The position numbers and the translations under genes were made by a program. Shown piece after piece: positions 1-13,300 of a DNA stretch of 64,000 nucleotides. Position 1 is the stretch's first letter, and the number at the start of each line of letters is the position of its first letter. Source of the DNA: the human T2T-CHM13v2.0 reference genome, Homo sapiens. The stretch lies in assembly GCF_009914755.1 (NCBI RefSeq), contig NC_060926.1; one strand, given 5' to 3'. The notes under the pieces were generated by a model. It saw only the letters and a program-made list of their open reading frames with translations, was not told the origin of the DNA and made no database searches.

Positions 1-389
1 TCATGTGAACCCCAGAAACCAATCAGTGTTCTTTTTCTTAAATTTTGCAACATTCACATTGCTATTCTGTAACTTCTGTTCTAAAGGATCTCCTTACGTA
101 CTAGTGATTCAAAGATACATTGGTAATCAATAGAAAAATTACGTGGTGTGCTTACCTGCACTTTGGTAGACAATGGGTTATATTAATTAGCACACACTAT
201 TTGTTGGAGCCACATGCTATGTTATTGTTATTCATGTTACTTGAGTTATTGAATTTGAGTCTCATAATAAGCAAACTTTTGCTTTGCATTAGTCTGTTGA
301 CACAACAGAATATCCTACAGGTATTTAAAACTGCATTTATGACTTTTTAGCAACTAAGTTTGGGGTTGTTTGTCTTTTATTTTCAACAG

Positions 390-451
390 CAGCAGGTGGG
401 GAATCAGCTCTGGCTCCCAGTGTATTTAAACAGGCAAAGGACAAAGTCTCT
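390..451 (+). CDS. MAP2: MAP2 coding exon (62 nt; (A)AGGESALAPSVFKQAKDKVS)
   Basis: Polypyrimidine tract and CAG acceptor (AG 388-389), GTGAGT donor at 452. The translation matches the MAP2 segment preceding DGVTKSPEKRSS and ends in phase 0, compatible with the next exons. Confidence 0.93.
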
Positions 452-829
452 GTGAGTAAAATAAGTTTTTCCTTGTTCTTCATTTGAAGTTCCTTTGGTA
501 TTAGCTGTAACATCAGAATAACTTTTGATATTGTTTAGATATTTACTCTTAAAAGTCACTTTAAATAGTTCGCTCACCCAGAAGATTCTCCGTGGCATCC
601 AGGCATGGAAGGATGAACGTCTTCTGGGATGGCGTATGATGGTAATTGGTGAGGGCACAGCTGGACTGCTTCCTTACTAGTAAGACAAAAACATAGAAAG
701 CAGCACAATGATATGGCAAAAGTAAGGAAGTCCAGTTTAGTTACTTTTCATAGAATCAAATTAAACCATATAATCAACAGTAACTGTATTTTATAATACA
801 CTTTCATTGTTTTTGTTACAAAATAGAAA

Positions 830-1450
830 TATGACCAAATGAAGCACTGCACACAAGCAGAAAGAAGTAGAAATCAATTATAATCCTCTTATCATAAAGA
901 TAAACACAGCTATCATTTTGATGTAAAATCCTAATTTTTTTCTATACATTTATAGGCTTAACAACAAAAATGAGAACACTGTGTATCACTTTTTAAATTC
1001 AACAGTAAATGTACTTCCATGTCGTTGAACATTTTGTAAGTTTTAATGACTACGTAATACTGCATTTTATTTCTTTGCAATGATATACTTAATCAATTTC
1101 CTATTATTTGACTTTTAGAATTTTTTGTTGGTATTTTAACAATATTACTGTAGAGAACTTTTTGGCTAAGTTCAGTTTGTATGCTATTTCCTTCATTTTC
1201 TACTAGTGAAATTATTGTTTCAAGAAAAATGTTAATATTTAAAGTTTTTGCTGCATATTGTCAAATTGCCCTCTGGAAAGGTTCTACCCACTTATACATT
1301 CTGTATAAGGAGAGTGTTCATATTTGTTATTATTACTACATATTTTATATTGTTGTTGTATATTTGCCAAATTATAGAGATGGCATATATTATTATTTTA
1401 AAATTTTATTTTGGTTGTATTAATGGTGTTTAACTTCTTCATATGTTTGT
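830..1450 (-). mobile_element. Ancient L1M (L1ME-like) 3' fragment
   Basis: Degenerate motifs such as catattgtcaaattgccctctggaaaggttctacccacttatacattc are typical of old L1M 3' ends. Boundaries approximate. Confidence 0.5.
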
Positions 1451-4076
1451 AAATCTTTTCTATTTTTTCTGTGAATTTTATTTTTATATTATTAACTGTA
1501 TTTTAATGACCAAAGCCAACATGAAGTATTTTCACTCCTTTATGATTGAAAGAAAAAAATTAAAAGGCTACTAATGAAATCCTAAAATTATAACAAATAA
1601 TTTGAATGATATTAATTAGTAGCTTATAACAACATTCTGAGACTGAGCAAACACATGTAATATGTAAATCACAATTCTTAGCTTACCCTTCTAAAAAACC
1701 AATAAGATTTTAGACTTCCACTTTTATTTATTATGAAAAGTAGTGAGTGATTCATTTCTTTGATCTTGAACCTGAGGGGTTTTATGTTGATAAAAGATGA
1801 TACTTGATTTTTATACAAATGTTTCAGATATATTCCTGAACATATGGCAAGCAACAGAATTCATTTATTGCTTTGGTGAATATTAGGCTTTATTATAAAC
1901 ACATTGTGATTTCAAGATTTGTATCTCTTTACCTTCTGTTTCCAAATTAATGATGTATGGTGGTTGGCCGTAGGGCTATGAAACAAATCATGTTCAAATC
2001 TTGAACATCTATTAGTTATATGATCCTTTTCTTCCTATTTCTTAATTTTCTAAAAATAAAGGGGAGGACAAAATTCCTGTCTCATGAGTTAGTTATAAAA
2101 ATTAAATGTAATGATGTTATAAAACAGTATGCAGTATAATGTTTAGAACATAGCATTCATTTAATAAATGGTAATAGTTGTTAGTTATTATTTTAGTTAA
2201 CTGAATGGTGGAAGTTTTCAGGAGCAGATATAGAAAATAAGTCTGACCTTTCCTCCTTTAGGTTGACATTATTTGGAACATTTTTAGGAAATTTTTAAGC
2301 CCCTTGGTCTTTGAGTAACTCGATAGAATCAGCACTTGGAACAGAACCATAGGCATCGTCTGACACAAAACAACCTTTTTTCCTTGTAAATGCCCGTCTT
2401 GTCTTTCTGAAGCAAAATTAGCCCTTCATTCTTTCTTTTTTTCTCATTTATTAGTCTTTTTTTCTTCCTAATCCCATATCCTTGTTCTATAAGTTTTCTA
2501 AAACCCCGAGTAACTTTTATTTGATTTAGCTCTAATGTTCAGTATATCCATCAGTACTGTTCTCTGATTTTTTTTGGTAGTTGTATGCTCTTTCAGATTC
2601 ACTTTTTTTAACTTAAAAATTTTTTTTCTATGGGTACATATTAGTTGTATATATTTATGGGATGCCTGTGATGATTTTTTAAATTGCTCTTTATTAGGAA
2701 ACAGACCCACCCATAATCCTGCATTTCACGTGGGTTTTTCTGTTGTTTGTTTGTTTAGCATTAATAGTTGTCTTTCTTAACTACAAGCAATCCAATTTAT
2801 TTTTCTCTTCTATATCACGCTTTTGAAATTCACTCTTTTGTGGGTAGGATCAATAAAAAAAGAATGACTTGTGCTGACCCAATTACACTTCCCACTCAAG
2901 ATACTGGGTCTATAAAACAAGAAGTGATTTGTACAGTCTGTAAATACTTATGTCCTGTTGTAGCCACAGAGGTTAAAACTTGAGATAAAAATCTCAGTTT
3001 TATCTGTCATTTCTGTAACAGTTAAATCAAATTAATTATTTGAAGATAATAATCTCCTTGGCTTTGTCATACTTATCTATATTTTTAACAGTCACCCATG
3101 AGACATATGGCACGCTGGCATAGCTTTCTCCAAAAGCCATACATCCTTCCCAATTATACTTGCAGACAGTCTCCCCAGGAGTTATCAACACCTGTAAATT
3201 AAGTCGTGATTTTTATTGGCCATCTTTTCAGTCCTGACTTTCCTTTTTAGAATTCATAACACATCATGCAGACTCTAGTCTTTACATAAAAATGTTATTA
3301 GTTCTATGGTATAACTTAATCCACAGTATGTGTTTCACTTATAAAATGAACAAATTATATATAAACTCTGAAAAATTCTGTTGAAGTCAATGTAGATGAC
3401 GTGAAAATAAATTTTCTCAATCTTTAAAAATACTTTTTTCATTATTAGGCTTCAAATATACCTTGTTCCAAAGTTCTTGAAACATGATTAAGATATGGAT
3501 TATATGTACACCTTAAAGGCTGTGTTTATTAAAGGAATAATTCCAGCAGATAGGATATTGAAAGATATTTCCAAATGTGTTATCATTATAAAACTTATGA
3601 ATTAATTAGAGACTATATACGTAGAATCCAAAAAGAATATTTTATATACATTATCCTTAAATTAGAGAACTATGTATAGAATCATTTTTTAAACAACAAA
3701 ATTTAAGCACTCAGCATTATTTTTTAAACCTGCAAAAAGAGAGTTTTGCTAGTCACTTGTAACATTCTTTCTATATTAAGGCTTATTGTATTTTTAAAGA
3801 GAAAGAGAGACTTGCTTTGGTCTCAGGATTTCACAAAGCTAATTCCTTCATATCTAAGCAATATTACTCTTTCTTCTGTCCTTCTATCTATCCACCCACT
3901 CATCATTTATTCAGCAATTATCCGCTGGTTCTCTACTGCGTACCAAACATAAACAATCACATTTGGAAGTAAAGAAGAGCAAGTAATAAGTAATAAACAT
4001 GGATACCTGTTCTAGACCTGGTTAATAGAAAATAAAATGGTTTAGCATTATTTTTGTGTTTTATTTGTATAACAGA

Positions 4077-4338
4077 TTTTTTATTTTATTTTTAATCAGG
4101 GTGTCCATGTGCAGGCTTGTTACAAGGGTATATTACGTGATGCTGAGGTTTGAGCTTATATTGATTCCATCATCCAAATAGTGAACATAGTTCCCAATAG
4201 GAACTTCCCAATAGGAAGTTTTTCAATCCTTCCCCCACTTTTGGAGTCACCAGTGTCTATTGTTGCCATCTTTATGTCCGTGTGTACCCATTGTTTAGCT
4301 CCCACTTATAAATGAGAACATGTGATATTTGGTTTTCT
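4077..4338 (-). mobile_element. L1 3'-end fragment (old L1PA/L1PB type)
   Basis: T-rich tail followed by catgtgcaggcttgttac...tttagctcccacttataaatgagaacatgtgatatttggttttct, the L1 3'UTR in antisense. Confidence 0.8.
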
Positions 4339-4562
4339 TAGACATTTTTCTATGACTATTATTAAGTTAGTTTTGGCTAAAAAGAACTGTGAAAATCTCT
4401 TCTCATCTAAGTACACATCTCTATCATTGATTATAACCATTTATCATGTGTTCTTATTAAAAAGACTTTGAGTTTCTTATATGTTTATACTTCTTTTTTA
4501 TCTTCCTTTTACTTTATAGTTTGGTTTATTTTGTGCTTTTGTTTGTTTTCTTTCATGGCTAG

Positions 4563-4733
4563 AATTCTACCTTGTCAAAGATTCCTGCTTTACAGGGTAG
4601 CACAAAGTCCCCAAGATACAGCTCAGCCTGCCCTAGCACGACTAAAAGGGCTACATTTTCTGACAGTTTATTAATACAGCCCACCTCAGCAGGCTCCACA
4701 GACCGTTTGCCATACTCAAAATCAGGGAACAAG
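4563..4733 (+). CDS. MAP2: MAP2 alternative cassette exon ('exon 13', 171 nt, 57 aa NSTLSKIPALQGSTKSPRYSS...LPYSKSGNK)
   Basis: Long U-rich tract, AG at 4561-4562, AAG|GTAAGG donor at 4734. Open frame, phase 0/0. The size matches the known 171-nt alternative human MAP2 exon 13. Confidence 0.88.
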
Positions 4734-5692
4734 GTAAGGCGGCAGGTCAATAAAAGGTGCAGAAAGAAATAGAATTTGGGAGAAGGTTATGTTATAGAAC
4801 CTAATTCAGGAAATGTATGAAAGCAAATACTTTACTCTGAAGTGTTTGACACATAAACAGTAGGCCCTTTTAAAAACAAATACAAATTTAAAATTTTGAT
4901 AAACAGTATACCTATTTTTTAAATGTAGAAAATATGTCTTTTTCTAGATATGCTACCCATTATTAATTTATGGTTTGATTATCTGGTAAAATATCAAATG
5001 CAAACTAACAAAACAAAATATATTCTATTATATATAATATATAAGAAATAATATTGTACAGTACAATAATAACAAATTACATTGTATAGAATATAATAGA
5101 TAATTTAAACTAAACGTCATATACATCAGGGTTTAATACTATCTCTGACACCTACCAACTCAATTGTCTTGAAACAATTATATAAACTCATTAAACTTGT
5201 TTCTTCAGCTTTAAAATGTGTATCATGTTTTGTGGTGAGAATCAAATCATAAAAGGATATAAACTATAAAGGGTTCCTGTCACATACACACACAAGATAT
5301 GGTAATGGTCATTGTTAGAAATATTATGCATGCAGTGAGCTACTCTCAGTCCTTTCTGATTAATAAATTATCATGCTAATGAAGATTTTTCAATAAAATT
5401 AGTAATTTGCTGAAGATTGAGTACATTTATTTTACCAATATTATCATTTAGAACTTGAACTTCACACTCAGTTATTAGAACTCCAAAATAATGTATTTTT
5501 ACAAAACATCTAGGCAAATATGCACTCTTTCTAAGTTATAAAGTAGAAATGTTTATAAATATATGAAATCCAGTAGTTTGTATTAAAAGAAATTCATTTA
5601 TTAGCACAGGAGGAAAATAGCAAAATCAATATCACTTCGTATAAATTAAAGAGTTACAAGAACCCAATGTTCTTTTTGTTTTCTCCAATCAG

Positions 5693-5840
5693 GACGGAGT
5701 AACCAAGAGCCCAGAAAAGCGCTCTTCTCTCCCAAGACCTTCCTCCATTCTCCCTCCTCGGCGAGGTGTGTCAGGAGACAGAGATGAGAATTCCTTCTCT
5801 CTCAACAGTTCTATCTCTTCTTCAGCACGGCGGACCACCA
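5693..5840 (+). CDS. MAP2: MAP2 coding exon (148 nt; DGVTKSPEKRSSLPRPSSILPPRRGVSGDRDENSFSLNSSISSSARRTT)
   Basis: CAG acceptor (AG 5691-5692), donor GTAGGT at 5841. The trailing A joins GG of the next exon to make Arg. Recognisable MAP2 sequence. Confidence 0.95.
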
Positions 5841-6494
5841 GTAGGTTTATTTTGATTTGAATTCCTTTTTAAGCACTTTTTAAATCCTTTAAGTGGAATA
5901 GCACTTATATTTATATTTTAATTTGTAAAAATAAAACATGCATTAAGACTAGATTATATTTGCCATAAGGATCAGAAAATCCAGAATGTAGATGGCTGCA
6001 AAATAGCTGTTTGAGTAAAAACAACTGATGGAGGAAATGGTAACATATTACCCTATTATCTAAGACTGATATAAAGTTATTTCTCTAAGAATATATTTTT
6101 CTTTTTGCTTCAAATTTAGAGCAGAAAAGAAAATTCTAAAGAAGTAATCAATGTAGAAACCAAGTCAAGGATTTTAAAAACATACATCTATAAAAGCTTA
6201 ACACTTATTAGATTTCCAAGTTGTAAAATCTAACTAGAAAGTCGACATTCAAAACTTAGGATCCTGTTCAACTTCTTAAGAATTTGCATTCCAAATGAGC
6301 TATAAATATAGCATAGTCTATGCAATAGGTTCAAATTATCTTGATTGATGGCCCATTCATGAACTGATTGGCAATTGTAACAGTTTATATAATGCTCCAA
6401 ACATTACACACTTATATGTTGCATTGTGGCAAACTATCTAGTAAAGCATGGATTCAAATTACTTCCGTAAATATTTTTCTGTTGCAACCAAAAT

Positions 6495-6760
6495 AGCTAC
6501 CGTTTATTGAGCACATATAGATACTAAACTCTTAAGATACATTTTTTCACTAATTTAATTAGCAAGACTAATGACTATTATAATAATTAATAAACTCAAT
6601 TCATTCTACTGATGAGAAAACTGACCCTCTAGAGAGGGTAACTTGTCCAGTTACCCTCTAGAGAGGGTAACTGCTTCACAGTTCGCAAGTGGTTGAATTT
6701 GGTTTTCAGCCTACTGATAACTTCACAACCTGAAGTCTTAATGTCTTTTCTACATTTATT
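6495..6760 (-). mobile_element. MIR fragment
   Basis: tttattgagcac...cattctactgatgagaaaactga...taacttgtcc core motifs. Contains a local duplication (see findings). Confidence 0.55.
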
Positions 6761-9700
6761 GGGAGGAAATAGTACTAGAGAACTGCTCTGTAGAATTATT
6801 TGGAGAAGAGTATCTGTGTCATTTAAGAACCATTTTAAAATGGTGGAAATTGCTACCACTATCACATTATAGTTGACTTCAACACTTATTTTGATAATAA
6901 TTGGCCCACTTAAATATGACTATTGGCATTTAAACAGTGTTTTTGCCTACAAGAAAAGTGTTTATTATAATAACAGTAATTGTGTCCAACATTATTTAGT
7001 TTCCTAGAGTATTAGCATCCTTTGAAATATGTGTTAAGAACACTGAAATCACAAAAACTCTTTTATCATAGCAAAAATAAATTATTTGAATGAATTAGCA
7101 GGAAGGTCATTTAAGATTTAGTACTCTCCAGGGAAGAGACTTTAAATCTCTAGAGTTGAAATTGAACATAATTAATAACCCCAAGGATGTATGAGACAAG
7201 ACAAAGATACCAAGTACTCTCGAAAGGAACATCTTGAATTATACTTGTATTTGTTGCTATAAAAGCAAAATGGCACTTTCTCCATAAATCCACTTCTTCA
7301 AACCACTGTGTTCTGCCTTTTAAAGTGTATCTATATATGAATTGATTCATTAAATGTTCAGCACCAATTCTATTTTGACTTTTTAAATTTACTGATGTTT
7401 ACAAGCATTTTGCATTGTATTATTTGATAGTGAACATAACTAACACATTGATAATTTTAAAACATAGGATCTGTTTTACCTCTGCATACCAATAGCTGAA
7501 AGGCATAAAGACGATTGGAAAAGCAAGCACTCTGCCCACTTCTACTTGTGCACCATCCCCTTAATGGTACACAGGGATGTTCTAACATTTTGTGCAGCTA
7601 TTGAAAAGATTTGAAGGAAACAATGTTGTGCAGGAAGCTCATCCGCCCAAGAGGAAGGAAATCCATTGTCATTGAGGAGTTGACAAGATAAATAAAAGCA
7701 CAGTTTAATCAATTAACTTGTAAAGAAATATCTTAAAAGTTGTTTTAGATCTTAGGCTTAACCTCTTCAAGTTCAGAACAAATAAGAAACATTCAAATTT
7801 ATTGTTTTGATGACAAGAACATATTTATTACAATAAAAATTGGTCATATATATTGAACAGCAGTGTGAAGGCCTTAATATTTGTAGTTTATCTTCTTTCT
7901 CCAGATGTAACATAAAACCTTCTTTTATAAAGCTTAACGTGTTTTCTACAAGTATGGAAATGACTCCTTAGAAGTTTAGAAAAAATTATTTCATATAGTA
8001 AAAATTGTTATTCACATCCAGAATATTGCTTCAATTCAGTCTCCATGAAGTCAAAAAACCCCTCAGCACACTTTGATGAATTCTGAATTATTAAAAAAAT
8101 ATGTTGTCTACCTACTGTTTTCAGCTCACATGAAAGTCACCAGGGCTAGGTACAATGGCAAAAAATACAGGGATGATCCCTCTCCCCAGAATATCTGAGC
8201 TATTCAAAACTGGTGAAGTAATAGAGAAAACATTCAAGAAAGAAATAATGTTTCTGGAGAAAGTATTCAGACAGACATAGAGACAGACATCTACGTTACA
8301 AACTTAGTCCATAACAAACCAGGACATGGAAGTTACAAAATGCCAAGTTGGATGTGGTTGTGTCATCCTAGTCTTGAAATTCTTGTGAAAAGCAATAAAA
8401 ATCACAGAACACATGCTAATTTCTCACTTTAGACTTCTCATATCCCATTTCATATTATCAATTGAAGAGTCTAACTATCTTGTGCCCTGTGTTAGAAGAC
8501 CAAAAAGACACAGGGCACTTTCATTTGATACTTGAAAACTGTTCACTGAAAGAAGTAAAATTCTTCTGTGTTTCTCCAGGAGATAGAACCTATGGTGATG
8601 GGTGGATTTACATTTTCCATAGATTACAATTGTCCAAGAAGCTCTCCTGAGCTCACATCTTGTAAATATTTAAGCAAAGATTACATGTCCACTTCTCAGA
8701 AAGAACTTCCTATATTTATGATCAATTGCATTAGGTGACCTCTGAGATTCCTTTCACTTCAGTGGCTTTAAAATTGTTATATATTTATTCTCTACAAAAT
8801 TTCAGAAGATTCATTGATTTTTTTACTTAAGCAGCAGTAAAAAATGAAAATTATCCCTTTTCTATAAAATATGTTATAAATGAAATTTGCATGCTTAAAA
8901 ATGTAAATCCTCAGGGGCTAAATATTGTATCTGGCTTAGACGTTAGTAGCATCTGGGTGAATGAGCCTCAATGTTCTCATTTCTTAGGAATAATAAGAGC
9001 TGCCCCTAACAACTGTATTGTGCATGTTTGTTTGGTTATCAGTTGGTTGGTATTCACATAAGTGCTTTGAAATTTATAAGGTGTTGCATTCTTATTTCTA
9101 TCATTCTTTCAGGAAAGTATTTGAAATGTCATTCAAAGCACATTCAAAAGATGAAAGAAACATAGTATAGGAAAGTGGGGGGTGGGAATAATAATAATAT
9201 GAGGCTGAGCTCAACTTGAGGCAAAGAAATGCATCTCAGATCCTGTATAATTAATGTGGTTTTGGATTTAACTCTAAACTGCCAAGCTAGTGATGAAAAC
9301 AGAGGAGAAAACACAATCAGGTACGAGGCTCACTGGGAATATATTGTTGAGACATCCCAAGTTTCTAAGGCAAGAAACAGACTTTTTTTTTGGTTTGAAG
9401 CACTGAGATAATTTTCCTTATGAAAAGAATACATGATATAGTATAGCAGTGTCTGACAGCTTCCATAAACACATTTACACCTCATAGTGTTCCTCAGTAT
9501 AAGGATATAATATTGAAATGCAGATCTTTCTATACAGGCCAAAACTATGTGTCCTAAATACATGGTTCTATATTGTATGTTCACCTGGATCCCAGAATGA
9601 ATTTACTACATAGAGGAATGAATGATCTACATATCATTCAAGGAATCTTCAGTAAATATGGGTCTGCATACGACACTAAGTGTAAACTCTTTCCAACTAA

Positions 9701-10026
9701 AGGCAGATCCATTTGCCTTAATAGTCACACAAGTAGAAAATAGTTTTTGACACATTCATAATGAAAATTACGGAGAACAAATCAGAAAAAAAAAATCAGG
9801 TTTTTTTCTTTGTGTTGATAGCAATGCATGTTCAAAAGAATGCCACCGGGTTATGCACCTGATTTCAGAAACGAGACTCTCAGCTTCTTGAGTACTATAG
9901 TGATAACTGTTTCTAAATACCTTAGAAATTAAACGTATTATGACTTCTAACAATCTATGGGAAGAGGGATGTTTTGAGGAGAATTGTCTGACTCTGGTTT
10001 GGTTTTGGTCTTGCTTGTTAATACAG

Positions 10027-10367
10027 GGTCAGAGCCAATTCGCAGAGCAGGGAAGAGTGGTACCTCAACACCCACTACCCCTGGGTCTACTGCCATCACT
10101 CCTGGCACCCCACCAAGTTATTCTTCACGCACACCAGGCACTCCTGGAACCCCTAGCTATCCCAGGACCCCTCACACACCAGGAACCCCCAAGTCTGCCA
10201 TCTTGGTGCCGAGTGAGAAGAAGGTCGCCATCATACGTACTCCTCCAAAATCTCCTGCGACTCCCAAGCAGCTTCGGCTTATTAACCAACCACTGCCAGA
10301 CCTGAAGAATGTCAAATCCAAAATCGGATCAACAGACAACATCAAATACCAGCCTAAAGGGGGGCAG
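10027..10367 (+). CDS. MAP2: MAP2 exon encoding the proline-rich region and microtubule-binding repeat 1 ([11 protein letters not shown]...[16 protein letters not shown])
   Basis: Lies within ORF 9984-10382. AG at 10025-10026, CAG|GTAAGA donor at 10368. RTPPKSP and KIGS motifs of the MAP2/tau family. Confidence 0.97.
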
Positions 10368-13300
10368 GTAAGAATTGCATGAACACATATTTGCTGCCAG
10401 AAATAATTATTACATTGCCTTCTTCATATTGAAAACTAACAGTTCTTAAAAGGGAAGCAGAGGTGTTAAAGAGCTTGGTTACAATTTATTGCTAAGAGTT
10501 TGGACTTTACATTAGGAAGATAGCCTCTGAAATACAACGAAAATCACATGACATGCCCATTCCTTCTGTTTGTTACTGGGTAAAAATTTTTACCAACTTT
10601 TAGTTGATTGACTAACTTTTTTTTTTTCTGAATGTATCTCTATTGCTTTGTGTTTTTTAACTTGAGATTAAAGTTATATTTCTGATATAAAATTGAGTTT
10701 TCTATTTTAGTTTCTGACCATGAGCTCATTTGGCTATCTTTTAGTGATTCCAATTTTATCTCCTTTCTTCCCCAAGGATTTCCTATGACATTTTCTACCA
10801 TTTCCTCATGTTTACTCCAAAATAAGGATGTTTCACCGAGTTTCAATTCTGGCTACTATTGCCTAAATGTTGCAAAGGGGAGGTATTCGTGTTGATAATA
10901 AAAGACACATGGTTCTGATGAATAAAATTGTAGACTTTGAACTTCTATTCAAGATTAATTGTATTAAATAGAGCTATTAGTAAAGCTTACTTACTAACTC
11001 TTAACTTCAGCTCCCCAGAGCAAACATTCATATCTTTTCAAACCAGGGGGTTTTGAGTTCTGTCTTGACCTGAACCTTGCTTATACACTACATGTTTGGA
11101 CAAAGCAATTAGCCTGGAAGGAAATAATACAAATATTATTTAATGTTTATCTCATAATATTGATCTATTCAGGATAGTTTAACTTTTGTCATTGAAGAGA
11201 TATAAAACAACATCCTTTTTTGAAAGAAAGAAGGACAAAAACAGTAACTTTGTACATAAACGAACTTATAATGCCCTTTCAGTATTCCAAGAAAGTCTTT
11301 CCTTTTTAACGTCAATATTTTTTTCTGCCACTCTTTTTCTTGTCTCTTGTATTTTGTGCCACTGCTTTCTGGTATCTCTCCTTCATGCCAAAGAAAATCT
11401 ATTTTCAGGAAGAAAGATCTTGCCAAAATGTAAAGCTATCAGGCACTCCTACTCACCAATGAAGCAACAATTCAGTGTTGCTCTTTCATTTAGCAACAAA
11501 CTTCTTTGCTGTCTCTTTATGGCTCTGTAAGGGAAAGCCCAAAGAGTTAAGAAAAATCAACCAATGGGGCAGGAGGGGAGAGGTCAATATGCCCTTTTAG
11601 AACAATGATAACATTCTATAATAATAGAGTCATAGAAAGATACTTTTTCACAGACAGATGCTATGAAAACTAGAAGCTACAAGAAACATTTTTAAGCAAA
11701 AAGTAGAATTATAAGCCTATAATTCCTAAAAAACTCAAACTATTCTTGCGTTCATCAGAGTTTTGCACATGCAAGAGAAGGAAATATTTTGAGCTTTTTG
11801 GAAATATTCAAATGTTGCATCATCTTTATATTTATACATAAATAATTTAAAAGTGTAAGGTGAATAAAATCAATTTAGTACCATTTGGAAAGTTCTGCAT
11901 TTTAGCCTTGGACAAGCTATCCTCTAAAATAGAATAACTATTATGTATATTTAAAAATCAGTTCTTTTAAAATAAATATTCCCATGTCCTGTTATTCTCC
12001 TCAACTAGATATGGGGTTTACTTAATTATATTCTGGAAAACATTAATACTTAAAATAATTTGTTTCCTCTTAGAATCACAAGAAAATACAAATTATCTCC
12101 AAGATATTGTATTAAAACTAACAAAAGTAATTAAAAGAGAAAAGTATTATTTTAAGTTGACATAGAAATTTTATAATATATGATTTTCTTTGAAGGACTC
12201 CTTAAGAAAGGCAAAAAGAATGGTTTTAGCCCCAGCTTTGCAGGAACCTCTAAGATTCAATCAACCCAAAAAATGTGAAGACGTCTGTTTTCTTTTTCTG
12301 ATTCTTTATCATATCTGGTTTGGAGTATTTTTATGTCTTATTGTAATTGACTTCTATATTTGGTAATTCATAAAATTGATACAAAATATCTCATACTTTT
12401 GAGCTGAACTAAAACTTCCTTAGAGATTATGGTGGTTAAGGACTAGTAAATACATATGACACAAAAATTACAGAAAGAACAAAAATAGCTTCAAAATCAC
12501 AGTGTCATTTGAAGCAAATATGTTTTTATCATCAGGCAAGTGTTAACCTGCTACAAAATTATCCTACTTCAGCAATGATGACTTTGGAAAAAATCCACAA
12601 CAGTGGAGTTATGAGGTAACTTTTTTGCAGAAGTAGGAGGTATTTCCTCACCAAGATAAACAGATGAAAGATATTTGCCTTCTATTTTGTGATAGATGGT
12701 ATAAATTCACTTAAAGGGTAAAATGAATTGGGAAATAATAGCGCATTGCAATTGAACTGTCTTTGTAGGAAAAACATATCATTCAACACTTCAGCACTCT
12801 CCCCTTAAAAGCCTCCTTACAGTGTGTGATCTCAGATATAGGGAGTGAGGAGAGGTTTTTTCCATACTTGTAAAACTGAAGATCTTATAGAACGACTGAA
12901 GGAAAAGTATTTTAGGGCTTCTTAGAAATTATCAAAATGACATGTTAAAGACCTTTATTAGATGATCGAGCATCTATACATGCATACCGTTGAAGAAATT
13001 GAAGCCACTAGCACATTGTTCTCAATTGTAAATTGATTTTCCTAAGGCACTTGAATGGATTGGCCAACGCAGAAACATTTAAAAAGACAGAACAAGAGCT
13101 ATACTTTCTTCACGGGCCAGGTTTTGTAATAGTGATATATGGTCTCTAGGAATTGAGAAAAATATTCATGTAATTCTTATTAAAGAAGATGGGAGTAAAA
13201 TTAAAGATGTAACTTTAATTCCTCTGCACAGGGTCTATTGTGGTAAAATTTGAAGCAATTAGGTTGTATACAAATGATTTAATTGTGAAAACTTCATTAT

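Noticed and set aside
9940-10305. 121-aa alternative-frame ORF over the proline-rich exon
   Set aside because: It starts in the intron, and stop-poor alternative frames are expected in C-rich Pro/Thr codons.
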